Source: a virus (lineage: Duplodnaviria; Caudoviricetes). From it: DNA of 42,288 nt. Positions within the stretch are counted from its first letter, which is position 1, and every line of letters starts with the position of its first letter. Of the stretch, positions 1-8,906 are shown piece by piece. The stretch is from the IMG/VR virus record IMGVR_UViG_3300046707_000144, positions 1 to 42,288 of that record. One strand, 5' to 3'. The notes beneath the pieces were generated by a model, which was not told where the DNA came from, did no database searches, and saw only the letters and a list, made by a program, of their open reading frames with translations. Position numbers and translations under genes: made by a program.

Positions 1-127
1 AGAACCGATAGCGCACGCCGTAGACCGGACCGGATGGCCCCCCGGTCCGTGGGACCGTGAACCGCGAGACCTGTACAGGTTTCACGCGCACGGCTTCCCC
101 GCCATCATGGGACGCGCGGCCATGGGG
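1..127 (+). repeat. Terminal direct repeat, left copy (assembly overlap)
   Basis: Identical to 42162-42288; 127 bp equals a common assembler k-mer. Confidence 0.95.
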
Positions 128-520
128 CATTGGTGCGGGTACATCGCAGTCCCCGCGGGCCATCCCTGGTATCTCAGCGAGCGCGGTTCGGACACCTTCC
201 GCGACGTCCGCGTGCACGGGGATATCACCTATGCCGACGAATGCGCGGGCGTGATCTGCCATGTGCCGCGCCCCGGTGAGCCTGACAGCGTGTGGTGGGT
301 AGGCTTCGATTGCGGCCACATATGGGACCTATCCCCGCGCATGCTGGCAGTCGAAGGCATGCTAGCGGGCTTGGACGATATCCCGGAAGCAGCGCGCGAG
401 GCTTTCCGCAAGGCATGGCGCCCGATCGGGGAGATTCACCAGTACAAAACCGCGGGCTACGTCCGCGCAGAAGTGTTCGAGCTGGCGCGGCAAGCAAGGG
501 AAGCGGGGGCGCATGCATGA
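2..520 (+). CDS. Conserved phage hypothetical protein, 3' part (true start ATG 42151 across the junction)
   Basis: Frame continuous from 42151 (MNEPEPIAHAVDRTGWPPGPWDREP...); GHWCGY..VP.GHP, VHGDITY and WWVGFDCGH motifs typical of a widespread phage family. Confidence 0.8.
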   Translation, partial: EPIAHAVDRTGWPPGPWDREPRDLYRFHAHGFPAIMGRAAMGHWCGYIAVPAGHPWYLSERGSDTFRDVRVHGDITYADECAGVICHVPRPGEPDSVWWVGFDCGHIWDLSPRMLAVEGMLAGLDDIPEAAREAFRKAWRPIGEIHQYKTAGYVRAEVFELARQAREAGAHA

Positions 521-837
521 CTGACAACGATAATGGGTGTTGCTTGACCCTGGCCAACGCGAGCGATCCGAAGTTCGTGAGCCAATCGGCCATGTGCGCG
601 AACGTGATCGCCAGCTGGCTTGTGCAGGCTGGCCATGTCTGCGGACACGTAACCCTTGCGTTGCTCGCGCTATCCGCGTCTGCAGCCGCGGGCGAGCCAG
701 GCACGTCCGAAGCGGAGTTTGTAGAGGTGGCGCGCCGCCTATTCGCCTGGCACCGCGCGAACCCTGACGACATGGCGGTAGTGGTCCCCGTGGATCCGGA
801 CGCGGTGCACGTCCCCGCTAGCGCAGTGCGGCACTAG
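517..837 (+). CDS. Small helical protein, member of the in-genome paralog family
   Basis: ATGA overlap with upstream stop; C-terminal TLALLALSASAAAGEPGTSEAEFVEVARRLF signature. Confidence 0.7.
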   Translation: MTDNDNGCCLTLANASDPKFVSQSAMCANVIASWLVQAGHVCGHVTLALLALSASAAAGEPGTSEAEFVEVARRLFAWHRANPDDMAVVVPVDPDAVHVPASAVRH

Positions 838-1415
838 CCAGAAAAGCGCGCGAGCATGACCAGCCATTCTGCGAACCGGACCGGGGTACGCCTGCGCATG
901 GCTGCACTGCAGATCAGGATCCCCGGGGGTGCGAGTCCACGCGGGCGCCCGTTGCGCAGCGTGCGGCTTGCGGAGATCCAGTGCGTAGGCTCGCGCCTCG
1001 CGGGACGGATCACCATGCTGCGCGGCACACCCACCAAGTAGAGCCACGTTGGCTTACGTGCCGCATGTCCCCAATCCACTTGGTTGACCGCGAGTGTCCA
1101 CCCGCCGTGCTTGTCCGGTGGCTCTCCTGGCAAGGGTAGCCCCGCGTGCGTCCACAGCTTCGAATGGCTCGGGTGCTCTAGGACTCCGCCCCATTGCCGC
1201 ACTTGCGCGAGTGCAAGCGGGGCTAGGTCCGCTTCACTCTGATTCTGGCAAAGATGGCGCAAGCGTCCCCATGGTCCGCACGGTGGGTGCGCGACCACGG
1301 GAAGCGGGCCCGGATAGTTGCGCGCGTCCCGGGTTTCATCCCAGCAATCTACGCCCGCGAGGGTGGGATAGGGACCAAGCGGATCGATGTAGAGCGCGGC
1401 AACGTAGGGACGCAC
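834..1415 (-). CDS. Minimal DNA cytosine-C5 methyltransferase-like protein
   Basis: VVAHPPC (motif IV-like), GGVLEHP (motif VI-like), RKPTWLY; only 193 aa, no obvious target-recognition domain. Confidence 0.6.
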   Translation of the reverse strand: MRPYVAALYIDPLGPYPTLAGVDCWDETRDARNYPGPLPVVAHPPCGPWGRLRHLCQNQSEADLAPLALAQVRQWGGVLEHPSHSKLWTHAGLPLPGEPPDKHGGWTLAVNQVDWGHAARKPTWLYLVGVPRSMVIRPARREPTHWISASRTLRNGRPRGLAPPGILICSAAMRRRTPVRFAEWLVMLARFSG

Positions 1416-1780
1416 TAGCTTAGGCTCGCGCGCTGGCGCACGGTGATCTCCACCCCGTACTCGGGTTGCGGACGTTGATCGTAGGTGTAGCGGACTAGGC
1501 GCCTATGCTTGTCGTCCACGCCAACGAACGCGGCCACCGCGTCCCGTACCCCTTTGAGCGCGCTCACTACCCCATCGTCGTCAAGCTCGCGGGGCGCTAG
1601 GCGCACTAGGTGGACGTCCCACGGGCGCGCTTCACTCGGCGCGGGGATCGTCCAGTCCTGTTCGTATAGGGCTTCTGTCACCGCGTCCCGCGCCTCCTGC
1701 GTCTTGGCGTTCCGGGCGCGCCAGTGCATGCGGACATTGGTCACGTTGTAGGTGCGAAGGTTGGGGACAAGGATCCGCAT
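1415..1780 (-). CDS. RusA-like Holliday junction resolvase/endonuclease
   Basis: RELDDDGVVSALKGVRDAV...GVDD matches the RusA D..K...D...DD pattern; typical size and position. Confidence 0.65.
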   Translation of the reverse strand: MRILVPNLRTYNVTNVRMHWRARNAKTQEARDAVTEALYEQDWTIPAPSEARPWDVHLVRLAPRELDDDGVVSALKGVRDAVAAFVGVDDKHRRLVRYTYDQRPQPEYGVEITVRQRASLS

Positions 1781-1784
1781 GGGA

Positions 1785-1895
1785 TCACCACTCGCCCCCG
1801 TCCCGGTCCCTACGCCAGCGCTCTAGGATGAACGCAGCGGCCCCGATGTAGAACCCCGCGACAACGCCCGCGGCAATCCATTGCAGCACACTCAT
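1785..1895 (-). CDS. 36-aa single-pass membrane protein (not in ORF track)
   Basis: MSVLQWIAAGVVAGFYIGAAAFILERWRRDRDGGEW; ATGA-coupled to the upstream gene and fills the gap. Confidence 0.6.
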   Translation of the reverse strand: MSVLQWIAAGVVAGFYIGAAAFILERWRRDRDGGEW

Positions 1896-2122
1896 GCGGC
1901 ATCCTTGCGTGGGCGTCCCGGTCCAGACTGGATCGAGGGGTCCGCACCTGGCGGCGCGAGCTTGCTCAGCACCCCCGCTAGCGCGCGCTCGTACTTCGCA
2001 ACCGCTGTCCAGAAACGGACACTGTGATCGTTCATCTCCGTTGCGTGCGCGTTCAGGTGATTCTCAATCTGGCGCGCCTTCTCACGGCGCATGTTGATCT
2101 CGTGTCTGGTAGCTAGGTCCAT
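1892..2122 (-). CDS. Hypothetical protein with C-terminal AT-hook-like GRPRK
   Basis: ATG 2122 preceded by GAAGGGAG; coupled to the next gene. Confidence 0.65.
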   Translation of the reverse strand: MDLATRHEINMRREKARQIENHLNAHATEMNDHSVRFWTAVAKYERALAGVLSKLAPPGADPSIQSGPGRPRKDAA

Positions 2123-2147
2123 GACTATCGATCTCCCTTCTTTTCTC

Positions 2148-2177
2148 GGTTCCGAACCGGTTCCGAACCGGTTCCGG
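2148..2177. repeat. 11-bp tandem near-palindromic repeats (GGTTCCGAACC x2.7), iteron-like
   Basis: ggttccgaacc-ggttccgaacc-ggttccgg immediately after the primase-helicase stop. Confidence 0.7.
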
Positions 2178-4073
2178 TTATTCAGGATCGGGACGCGTAA
2201 CGAGCCAGATCCCGCCCTGTAGTTCGCGCAACTCCCCCGATGCGCGCATGTCCGCGATGGCCTGCAATGCAGCCGCTTTCGCAGCGCCCGCGGCGAACAC
2301 AACTTCATTCCCCGTCATGGGACGGACAGCGTTTTCCAGCACCGCGCGGACCTTTTGCAGGGGCGTAAGTTTTCCGGGGCGCTTTGCCGCGATCTGTTCG
2401 GGCTTGGGGCGCGTGACTTCCGCCAGCTCTGCCGTTGCCAAGTCCAGGCGCACGCGGAACGTGGGGCGCTCGCCACCAAGCCGATTCTTGGCTACCTCGA
2501 TGTCAAAGTCTGCAGTCGCCTCTGTGAACGGAACGCGCGTCATGCCAAGGAGCACACTTGCTCCGTATTCGATGGCGCTCGATTCCTTGCTCGCACCTAG
2601 CGCGCTGGTCTTTTCCCCCGTGTACCCACCGCGATTCATCTCCGACAGTGCGACCACCACCGCACCGCGTTGGGCGATGCGCTTGCAGACCAGCACTACC
2701 GCGTCCATGCGTTCGCGGGGCTTGTCGAAGGCCTGCGCCGCCGCGCAGCGCACGGTTTGCAGACTGTCCACGATCAAGATCCCGCCCGGTCCCCCGCGCG
2801 CCTCGTGCAGGCATTCCGCCGCATCTTCTAGGGTGAGACTGGCCAGGTCCGGATCCATCACAACGAACCGGTGGCCGCGCATGCGGTCCACAAAGCCCGC
2901 GCGTGTGGCCTCGCCAATGTCTGAATCCTCCTCTAGCCCCTCGCGGTGAAAGCCGAACATCTGGCCAATGCGCATGGCGATCCCGCTCGCAGGCTCATCG
3001 GCTGCGAGGTACAGCACGGTTTCCGCCTGCCACTCGAACGTGCGCGCAAGGTTGACTGCGAGCGTGGTTTTCGCCGCACCTGGCGCGCCACTAACGACGA
3101 TGAAGCGCCCGCGAGGAAAGCCCCCGCGCGTGCACCTATCAAGCTCGGGGAAGCCCGTTGTTAGACGGGGGCCTAGTGGACGCAGCAGATCGGGGATCGC
3201 GTCTGCAAGAAGGCGCCAGCGTGGTTCGGGTGGGGCGGTGACGCGCGCTAGCTCGGTACGCATGGCTTCCGCGAACGTGTCCGGGTTGCGGATGTAGAGC
3301 GAGCTAGGATCCTTGGCGGTACCGGGGCAGTGGAATGTGATCACCTCCCCTTCAAAGCCGATTTCCGCGAGGTGCGCGCGCGTGAGCTGGACGAACTTCT
3401 CCCCCGCGCTGTCAGTCTCCTGGACGATGAGAAGGCGCGCGAGCCCCCGCACGTGTTCGAGCCGCAAGATGCTTGCGCTTGTCGCGCCTGGAATGCCAAT
3501 GGCTGGAAACCCCGCATAGAGCAGGGTCCACACGTCCGATTCACCCTCAACAACGAACGCGTACCCCTCCGCGTCTGCAAGCGCCCCGCGGTCCGGCATG
3601 TATGGGATCAGGCTGTCACCCGGTCCCCACGATGAGCCTTCTTTCGCGACCAATGCCGAGCGGTACCGCGTCCTATGCGCCGCCCCCTCGCGGGTGGGAT
3701 AGGGGATCTCGACTCGTGAACCCCATCCACCCGTTGCCGTGGTGCAGTGAAAGCCCGCGAGGAATGATGCGGGGATATGCTTGTGCGCCGCGAGATCTTC
3801 CAAGGTGAGGTAACGCGGTTCGTTGCGTTTGAGCTGCACAACGTCCGCGCCGCGCGGGGGTTCGGTGAAAAGGTCAGTCATGCGGACCCCGAGCTTTTCC
3901 GCGACTGACTCCGCAGTGCAGCCCGCGAAGCAGTGCAGCAAGATCCCCCGCTCGCTTGTGGTCACGCTTAGCGAGGGGCCGCGATCGTCGTGGGCTGGAC
4001 ATTGTGCGAGGTAGCCCCGTGCGTTCTTACGAACGCGCTTCAATCGTTCCAGAACCAGATCGATCGTCACCAT
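2178..4073 (-). CDS. Bifunctional DNA primase-helicase (CHC2 Zn finger, Toprim, DnaB-like helicase, C-terminal winged helix)
   Basis: CPAHDD..PSL and HCFAGC Zn finger; VVEGESD Toprim; GAPGAAKT Walker A; LIVDSLQ Walker B; VAKNR; GAGG RBS before ATG 4073. Confidence 0.9.
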   Translation of the reverse strand: MVTIDLVLERLKRVRKNARGYLAQCPAHDDRGPSLSVTTSERGILLHCFAGCTAESVAEKLGVRMTDLFTEPPRGADVVQLKRNEPRYLTLEDLAAHKHIPASFLAGFHCTTATGGWGSRVEIPYPTREGAAHRTRYRSALVAKEGSSWGPGDSLIPYMPDRGALADAEGYAFVVEGESDVWTLLYAGFPAIGIPGATSASILRLEHVRGLARLLIVQETDSAGEKFVQLTRAHLAEIGFEGEVITFHCPGTAKDPSSLYIRNPDTFAEAMRTELARVTAPPEPRWRLLADAIPDLLRPLGPRLTTGFPELDRCTRGGFPRGRFIVVSGAPGAAKTTLAVNLARTFEWQAETVLYLAADEPASGIAMRIGQMFGFHREGLEEDSDIGEATRAGFVDRMRGHRFVVMDPDLASLTLEDAAECLHEARGGPGGILIVDSLQTVRCAAAQAFDKPRERMDAVVLVCKRIAQRGAVVVALSEMNRGGYTGEKTSALGASKESSAIEYGASVLLGMTRVPFTEATADFDIEVAKNRLGGERPTFRVRLDLATAELAEVTRPKPEQIAAKRPGKLTPLQKVRAVLENAVRPMTGNEVVFAAGAAKAAALQAIADMRASGELRELQGGIWLVTRPDPE

Positions 4074-4830
4074 TGGCGGCATCCTCGAACATGGGGAGGG
4101 TGGTTCGAAGTTGCGGGGTTTCCGCGAACAGCGCGGGCGTGTACCGCTTGGCCAGGAGAGCCGCGCCGATCTCGTAGTGCTTGGGATCGAGTTCTGCGCC
4201 CACGCTATGGCGCCCCTCGATTCGTGCTGCGCGCAGTAGCGTTGCCGCGCCCGCGCATGGGTCGCACACGAGCTGCCCGGGCCGCGAGTAGTCCCGCACA
4301 AGCGAGCGCAGAAGCCAAAGCGGTTTACCGCCGATCACCTTGCGTTTTGCGCCCGGTTCGGTGGCTTGCCCCGCGGGCAGAATGTACGCACCTGGCAGGG
4401 TCCCCCACCGCGCGAACTCTTTTACACGCGGGCGCGCAACGATGATCCACGTGGACCACTGCGAAGGGCCGTCCCCCGCGAGGCGTACGCGTGAACCAGG
4501 CGCTACGTAAGCGAGCGGGCTGAACACGTACCGCCCTTGCGCCTCAAGTGCCGCGCACCAAATGGGCGCCAGTACATGATCGGTGATGGATACGAACCAG
4601 CCGCGCGTACGCTTGGACCATGACGCGACGAAATCGAACACGTCCGCATCGTCCCAATGCGCGTAGTGCAGCTCCGCGCGGTAGTTCGGATGCCCCGATC
4701 CGGTGAATCCGTTTCCATCGCGGTGCGCAGCGTGGGTGCGCTCGGAATAGGGCGCATCGACAATCAGGCAATCAGGCTCAACATCCGCAAGCGTGTCTTG
4801 CCAGGTACCTTGCCGAAAGTCCGCTTTCAT
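4027..4830 (-). CDS. DNA N6-adenine/N4-cytosine methyltransferase (beta-class motif order)
   Basis: IVDAPY catalytic motif, KPLWLL, VCDPCAGAAT SAM-binding motif, GAELD. Confidence 0.8.
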   Translation of the reverse strand: MKADFRQGTWQDTLADVEPDCLIVDAPYSERTHAAHRDGNGFTGSGHPNYRAELHYAHWDDADVFDFVASWSKRTRGWFVSITDHVLAPIWCAALEAQGRYVFSPLAYVAPGSRVRLAGDGPSQWSTWIIVARPRVKEFARWGTLPGAYILPAGQATEPGAKRKVIGGKPLWLLRSLVRDYSRPGQLVCDPCAGAATLLRAARIEGRHSVGAELDPKHYEIGAALLAKRYTPALFAETPQLRTTLPMFEDAANGDDRSGSGTIEARS

Positions 4831-5039
4831 GTTCCGCGCACCCGCGCAAGAATCAGCGAACCGATCTCGGTCTGCAGTCCCTCCATCGTGTCAAAGGACT
4901 TGGTCTGTACTTCGGGCGTACCGTCGCCAAAGTCCAGCACCGCGTACCACATGCCGCCATGCCGGAAGCGACACACGCGCAAGGCGCAAAGCACCCGCGC
5001 GCCCCCCTCGTCCAGGGGGAACACAGAAACGTGTTCCAT
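4827..5039 (-). CDS. Hypothetical protein
   Basis: GGAGGG RBS; ATGA overlap with the MTase. Confidence 0.65.
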   Translation of the reverse strand: MEHVSVFPLDEGGARVLCALRVCRFRHGGMWYAVLDFGDGTPEVQTKSFDTMEGLQTEIGSLILARVRGT

Positions 5040-5067
5040 GGCCTATCCCCTCCGCGCGGTGCGCGGC

Positions 5068-5325
5068 TTACGCGACTTTCGAAATCGGCGCGCCGTTCAG
5101 CGCAGAAACGCTTGTGTTGAGCGCGCCCGCGATTCGCGAAAGCGTCCGCCCGTAAGCCAGGTGTTGACCGCGCTCCAGGTTGTAGAGGTGGTCCGCGCTA
5201 ATCCCCGCGTCCCCAGCAACCTTCGTGATCCCCTTGCCTAGCGCGCGGCGTCTGGCTCGAATGCGCGCCCCTACTTCGCGGGCGTGCTGCTTCTGCTCGT
5301 CAGTCCGGCGCGGGCTAGCTGGCAT
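5068..5325 (-). CDS. Cro-like XRE helix-turn-helix regulator
   Basis: VGARIRARRRALG...VAGDAGISADHLYNLERG; divergent from the cI-like gene. Confidence 0.85.
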   Translation of the reverse strand: MPASPRRTDEQKQHAREVGARIRARRRALGKGITKVAGDAGISADHLYNLERGQHLAYGRTLSRIAGALNTSVSALNGAPISKVA

Positions 5326-5332
5326 GGGCGGG

Positions 5333-5379
5333 AAAATATACCCATAGGGGCCCAAGTCAAGGCATATCCGTATGAGTCC
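5333..5379 (-). promoter_or_regulatory. Leftward lytic promoter (TTGACT-16-TATTTT, leaderless) with two operator-like sites
   Basis: -35 at 5360-5355, -10 at 5338-5333, 7 nt before ATG 5325; TACCCATAGGGGCCC 5339-5353 and TATCCGTATGAGTCC 5365-5379. Confidence 0.6.
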
Positions 5380-5470
5380 CTACACCTCCCCCTGTCCTAG
5401 GACTAGGCAAGTTGACCGATTGGCCAGTCATTTCTAAAGGTGCGTTCACTAGGCTTGCAGTTGCCATTTC

Positions 5471-5989
5471 ATGAAGAGTCGTCAAAACTCTCGGCTCGTG
5501 CCAAGCCATCGAATAACGCAGCCACCATGGACCGAACCCGCAAAACGATTGCGCGATGCGTTCGAGGATTCCGGAATGTCGCAGGCGCGCGTAGCTCAAA
5601 AGGCGAAAGTTGATCCCGCAACATTCGGGGACATGCTCCGCGGAATCCGCTCGCCTAGGCCCGAAAGCCTCCGCGCAATCTGCAAAGCGCTTGGGGTAAA
5701 CCCGAGCTTCATCAAGACCGGTGTAGGGGAACGCTACGCGCGTGCGGATGGCCAGCCCGCAATAGTGCAAGCGCCAAACACCGGAATTGAAAGATGGCTT
5801 GCAACGCAGCAAGGGGTGTCCCTGGACGAACAGGCATGGCTTAGAGCCGTTCCATGGCCCGATCCGCACATCCAGTATCACGATCTGGTGTACATAACTG
5901 TGCTCCAGGCCTTTCGCAATATGCGAGAACAAGCACGATCCCTCACGATCGCTGCCAGCAATGGCAAGCCGGATGGACACGCCCGCTAG
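5471..5989 (+). CDS. CI-like XRE repressor (no S24 peptidase domain seen)
   Basis: RLRDAFEDSGMSQARVAQKAKV...RGIRSP...ICKALGVNPSFI; divergent from cro. Confidence 0.85.
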   Translation: MKSRQNSRLVPSHRITQPPWTEPAKRLRDAFEDSGMSQARVAQKAKVDPATFGDMLRGIRSPRPESLRAICKALGVNPSFIKTGVGERYARADGQPAIVQAPNTGIERWLATQQGVSLDEQAWLRAVPWPDPHIQYHDLVYITVLQAFRNMREQARSLTIAASNGKPDGHAR

Positions 5990-6074
5990 CCCGCTTGCGC
6001 CTGCGCCAGATCGTTGCTCTAGTCCAAATGCGCGTGTAGCGTAGCCGTTCGTTTGCGTGCGCACGTGGGGGAGA

Positions 6075-6329
6075 ATGCTGCGTACCCAGCGTTGGGGGGC
6101 TATGCCGTATCGGCTTGTTTTGGTGGTTCGCAATTCGCCACCGCTAGAGCACTTGATTCGCCAAGTTCAGTTTCGGGGCGGGTTGCTGCATGGGGCCAAA
6201 ATGGTCGGAACACGAGCCTATTTGGATCTCGAGATTGGAGACCTAGAATTGGACGCTCTCTCTGATGATTTCTTATTGGCCGATCTCGAAACGGAATACG
6301 TACCGTTACTCGCGCAATCAGTAGCCTAG
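6075..6329 (+). CDS. Hypothetical protein, possibly ACT-like fold
   Basis: RLVLVVRNSPPLEHLIRQVQFRGG beta-alpha pattern; start could also be 6102. Confidence 0.55.
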   Translation: MLRTQRWGAMPYRLVLVVRNSPPLEHLIRQVQFRGGLLHGAKMVGTRAYLDLEIGDLELDALSDDFLLADLETEYVPLLAQSVA

Positions 6330-6386
6330 TGTTGTCGACTCGTTTTCGTAGGCCGACCTAGCCGATCCAAGTCCAGCCAAATCCAG

Positions 6387-6415
6387 TTGCGTCCATATGG
6401 ACATGCCTGTACGCT
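6387..6415 (+). promoter_or_regulatory. Rightward early promoter TTGCGT-17-TACGCT with palindromic operator GTCCATATGGAC
   Basis: -10 ends 7 nt before ATG 6423; perfect 12-bp palindrome at 6391-6402. Confidence 0.65.
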
Positions 6416-6422
6416 GGCGCCC

Positions 6423-6716
6423 ATGCAATGGGAACCAACTGAGATTGAAGCGCACGCCCCGCGAGGGACGTATTTGCTGTATCGGGTGGGTGACTTCTGG
6501 GTTGCCAAGTTCCGCCCCGGTGGGCCCGGGGAGCACGTTGGGCGCGGAACCACGATCGACCCCTCGGAAGGCAACTGGTCTGCAGCCGCCCCCGCACAAG
6601 CCGCATGCGCCATCCACAAGGGCCGCATGGACCGGGGCGACACCCCCGAGCAAGCCGCGGAGTGGGTCCGCAGACATTGCGACTACCTGACCGCTGCGAT
6701 GGCCGGTGTCCCGTGA
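6423..6716 (+). CDS. Hypothetical protein
   Basis: First gene after the promoter; GTGA overlap with the next gene. Confidence 0.65.
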   Translation: MQWEPTEIEAHAPRGTYLLYRVGDFWVAKFRPGGPGEHVGRGTTIDPSEGNWSAAAPAQAACAIHKGRMDRGDTPEQAAEWVRRHCDYLTAAMAGVP

Positions 6717-7438
6717 GTGGACACACTTACCAGACACCCGAGGAAGCTGGCTTTTTCCGCGAGGATGAAGACAAGCCCGCGTTGTGCACATTCTGTGGAT
6801 TCATGGTCGAGCCTGAGGAACGCAAGGCGCACGATCGGGAGTGCGGCCACGACGCTTGGCTAGCCTCGCGAATGGAACGCATCGGGGCGTCTGAAGTTGG
6901 ATGCTTGTTTGACGCGAACGAGTACGAGACGCGCGAACGTCTGATCGGGCGCAAGGTTGGACTCTACCCCTACCAAGACATTGGAGAGGGTGGGGACCAT
7001 GCCAGTGCAGCCGAGCCATGGGTGATCACGCGCGCGCGGAAAAAATTCGCATGGGACATCGTCCGCGCGCCGCAGAGTCAGCTTTCTGATCTGGTCTGCA
7101 CACGCTTGGGTGCCACGCCGGACGCGTACGTCAAAACCCCTTGGGGCCACGCGGTGGCGCAGATCAAAGTAGCGAGCTGCAAGCCCTACGAGCTGGTCAA
7201 GAAGTACGGACACCAGCCCCCGCTTATGTATCAGCTCCAGGTACAGGCTGAGATGGCTGTTACCGGGTGCAAGCTCGGGTGTCTGCTCGTCATGCACACA
7301 ATGGGCGGACTTCTCTTGCGCGCGTATCCGATCGCGCGGCACGAGGGGGTGATTGAGCGGATCCGCTACGAAGTGGATCGCACGTGGGCTGAGATTGAAA
7401 CCGAACGTCAGGCAAGGGGTTACTACAATGAGCGTTGA
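6713..7438 (+). CDS. YqaJ/lambda-exonuclease-like recombination nuclease with N-terminal Zn-finger-like segment
   Basis: WLASR...IGASE, GATPD, QIK, YQLQVQ motifs; CTFC...H...C at the N-terminus. Confidence 0.85.
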   Translation: MSGHTYQTPEEAGFFREDEDKPALCTFCGFMVEPEERKAHDRECGHDAWLASRMERIGASEVGCLFDANEYETRERLIGRKVGLYPYQDIGEGGDHASAAEPWVITRARKKFAWDIVRAPQSQLSDLVCTRLGATPDAYVKTPWGHAVAQIKVASCKPYELVKKYGHQPPLMYQLQVQAEMAVTGCKLGCLLVMHTMGGLLLRAYPIARHEGVIERIRYEVDRTWAEIETERQARGYYNER

Positions 7439-8477
7439 GCAAAGTGAAAAGGTCACTGAGTTGTTTTCGGCCCTAGTCGCGTTCAGCGCAGAAGTAGAAC
7501 AACCGGTCAAGAATGCGCGAAACGACCACTTCGGAAACACGTTTGCAGATCTGCGCCAAGTGTTGGCCGCGGTGCGCCCCGTGCTCATCAAGCACGGCTT
7601 GACCGTGGTGCAGTTGCCCGCGGCAAGTGAGAGGGGGATCGGGCTGTGCACACAGATCTGTCATGCGCCGAGCGGACAATGGATTCGCGCTACGGTGGGG
7701 TTCCCGGTGGAGAAAACGACCCCGCAAGCGGCGGCGAGCGCGATTACCTACGCGCGTCGGTATGGCCTGATGGCAGCGCTAGGCCTCGCGGCTGAAGATG
7801 ATGACGGGGAAGCTGCAATGGGGCGTGACACCCGCATTCAGCGTCGCGACACCCGCGACGGGCCCCCGATAGTGGCAATGAACCCGCACCCCGCCGACCG
7901 TGAGCAGCCACGCGCGGACAACGAACAACGCGAGACGCGCAGCGCAGCACGCGCTGCAGTGCGGCGCGCCAACGCAGCCGCGGGCGGTAGCGTTCGCACG
8001 ATGGACGATATCGCGAACATGGGGCGTCCCGAAGCAGCGCCGCCAGCGCCGCCAGCGCCGCCAGCGCCCGCGCCTTCCGCGGTGAAGCCACCGCAGCACC
8101 GGGGCGCTACCATCTCGCAGCTCCGTAGCGCTCGCCCCTCGCGGCCCGTCGCAGTGCCGAACGCCCCGCGCCCCGTGCCCAACCCGCGCGCAGTCACCGG
8201 CTACAACGAAATGGCGAACACCATTCACGCCATGACCCCGGTCAAGCTCACCGGGGAACTGGACGAGTACAATCTACTCATCCCCCCGGGACGTCCCCCG
8301 AAGTTCACGAGCGGTGAGAACCAGGGCCGTGCGTATTCGGAGGTGACGATCGACACCTTGCGCGCCATGGCCGAATCGCGCGGCTTCCTCGCGAGCGCGC
8401 CCCCGCTCAATAAGCTTTGGGTGGCCTATCTGATCGCCCGAATCGACGCGAACACTCGCGCCGCAAATACGCCATAA
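7428..8477 (+). CDS. erf: ERF-family single-strand annealing protein with Pro/Ala-rich linker
   Basis: KNARNDHFGNTFADL and PQAAASAITYARRYGL...GLAAEDDDG. Confidence 0.88.
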   Translation: MSVEQSEKVTELFSALVAFSAEVEQPVKNARNDHFGNTFADLRQVLAAVRPVLIKHGLTVVQLPAASERGIGLCTQICHAPSGQWIRATVGFPVEKTTPQAAASAITYARRYGLMAALGLAAEDDDGEAAMGRDTRIQRRDTRDGPPIVAMNPHPADREQPRADNEQRETRSAARAAVRRANAAAGGSVRTMDDIANMGRPEAAPPAPPAPPAPAPSAVKPPQHRGATISQLRSARPSRPVAVPNAPRPVPNPRAVTGYNEMANTIHAMTPVKLTGELDEYNLLIPPGRPPKFTSGENQGRAYSEVTIDTLRAMAESRGFLASAPPLNKLWVAYLIARIDANTRAANTP

Positions 8478-8491
8478 CCAGGAGACGCCAA

Positions 8492-8803
8492 ATGTCAGCG
8501 AACGGCAAGCGATGGGATCTGATCGTCAGCAGCAAGATCGAGGGAAGCGACAAGCAACGCTATACGCGCGTTGGCATCGTGTTCATGAATGAAGAAAAGG
8601 GATCGCTCGCGATCAAGCTGGATCCAGGGGTAGCGATCGTGTCCACGCCGGGTGTGTATATCAACGGGTTCCTACCTCGCGAGCCCGGGACCTATGCACC
8701 GCCCGCGGCGCCCGCTGGCGGTGGCTATCAGCAACGTCCGCCCGCTGGCGGTGGCTATCAGCAACGCGCGCCGCAAGGGAACGACGACAACATCCCATTC
8801 TGA
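8492..8803 (+). CDS. Small SSB-like protein
   Basis: AGGAG RBS; beta-rich core, Gly/Gln linker with duplicated PAGGGYQQR, acidic DDNIPF tail. Confidence 0.65.
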   Translation: MSANGKRWDLIVSSKIEGSDKQRYTRVGIVFMNEEKGSLAIKLDPGVAIVSTPGVYINGFLPREPGTYAPPAAPAGGGYQQRPPAGGGYQQRAPQGNDDNIPF

Positions 8804-8836
8804 ATGACGGGCCCGCGCATTGGTGCGTGGGTGTGT

Positions 8837-8872
8837 CCCCGTCCGGAATCCCTGTTCCGGACGGGGTTTTTT
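8837..8872 (+). terminator. Intrinsic terminator
   Basis: CCCCGTCCGGAA-6 nt loop-TTCCGGACGGGG followed by T6. Confidence 0.85.
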
Positions 8873-8906
8873 AGACCCGAAGATGGAACGCATAGGAACA
8901 AGCACC

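Noticed and set aside
1-127. 127-bp terminal repeat as the biological terminal repeat of the virion
   Set aside because: Its length equals a standard assembler k-mer and it falls in the middle of a gene; it only indicates circularity
8035-8766. 9-bp CAGCGCCGC tandem repeat and 27-bp duplication (8710/8740)
   Set aside because: In-frame low-complexity linkers (PAP and PAGGGYQQR) of the ERF and SSB-like proteins
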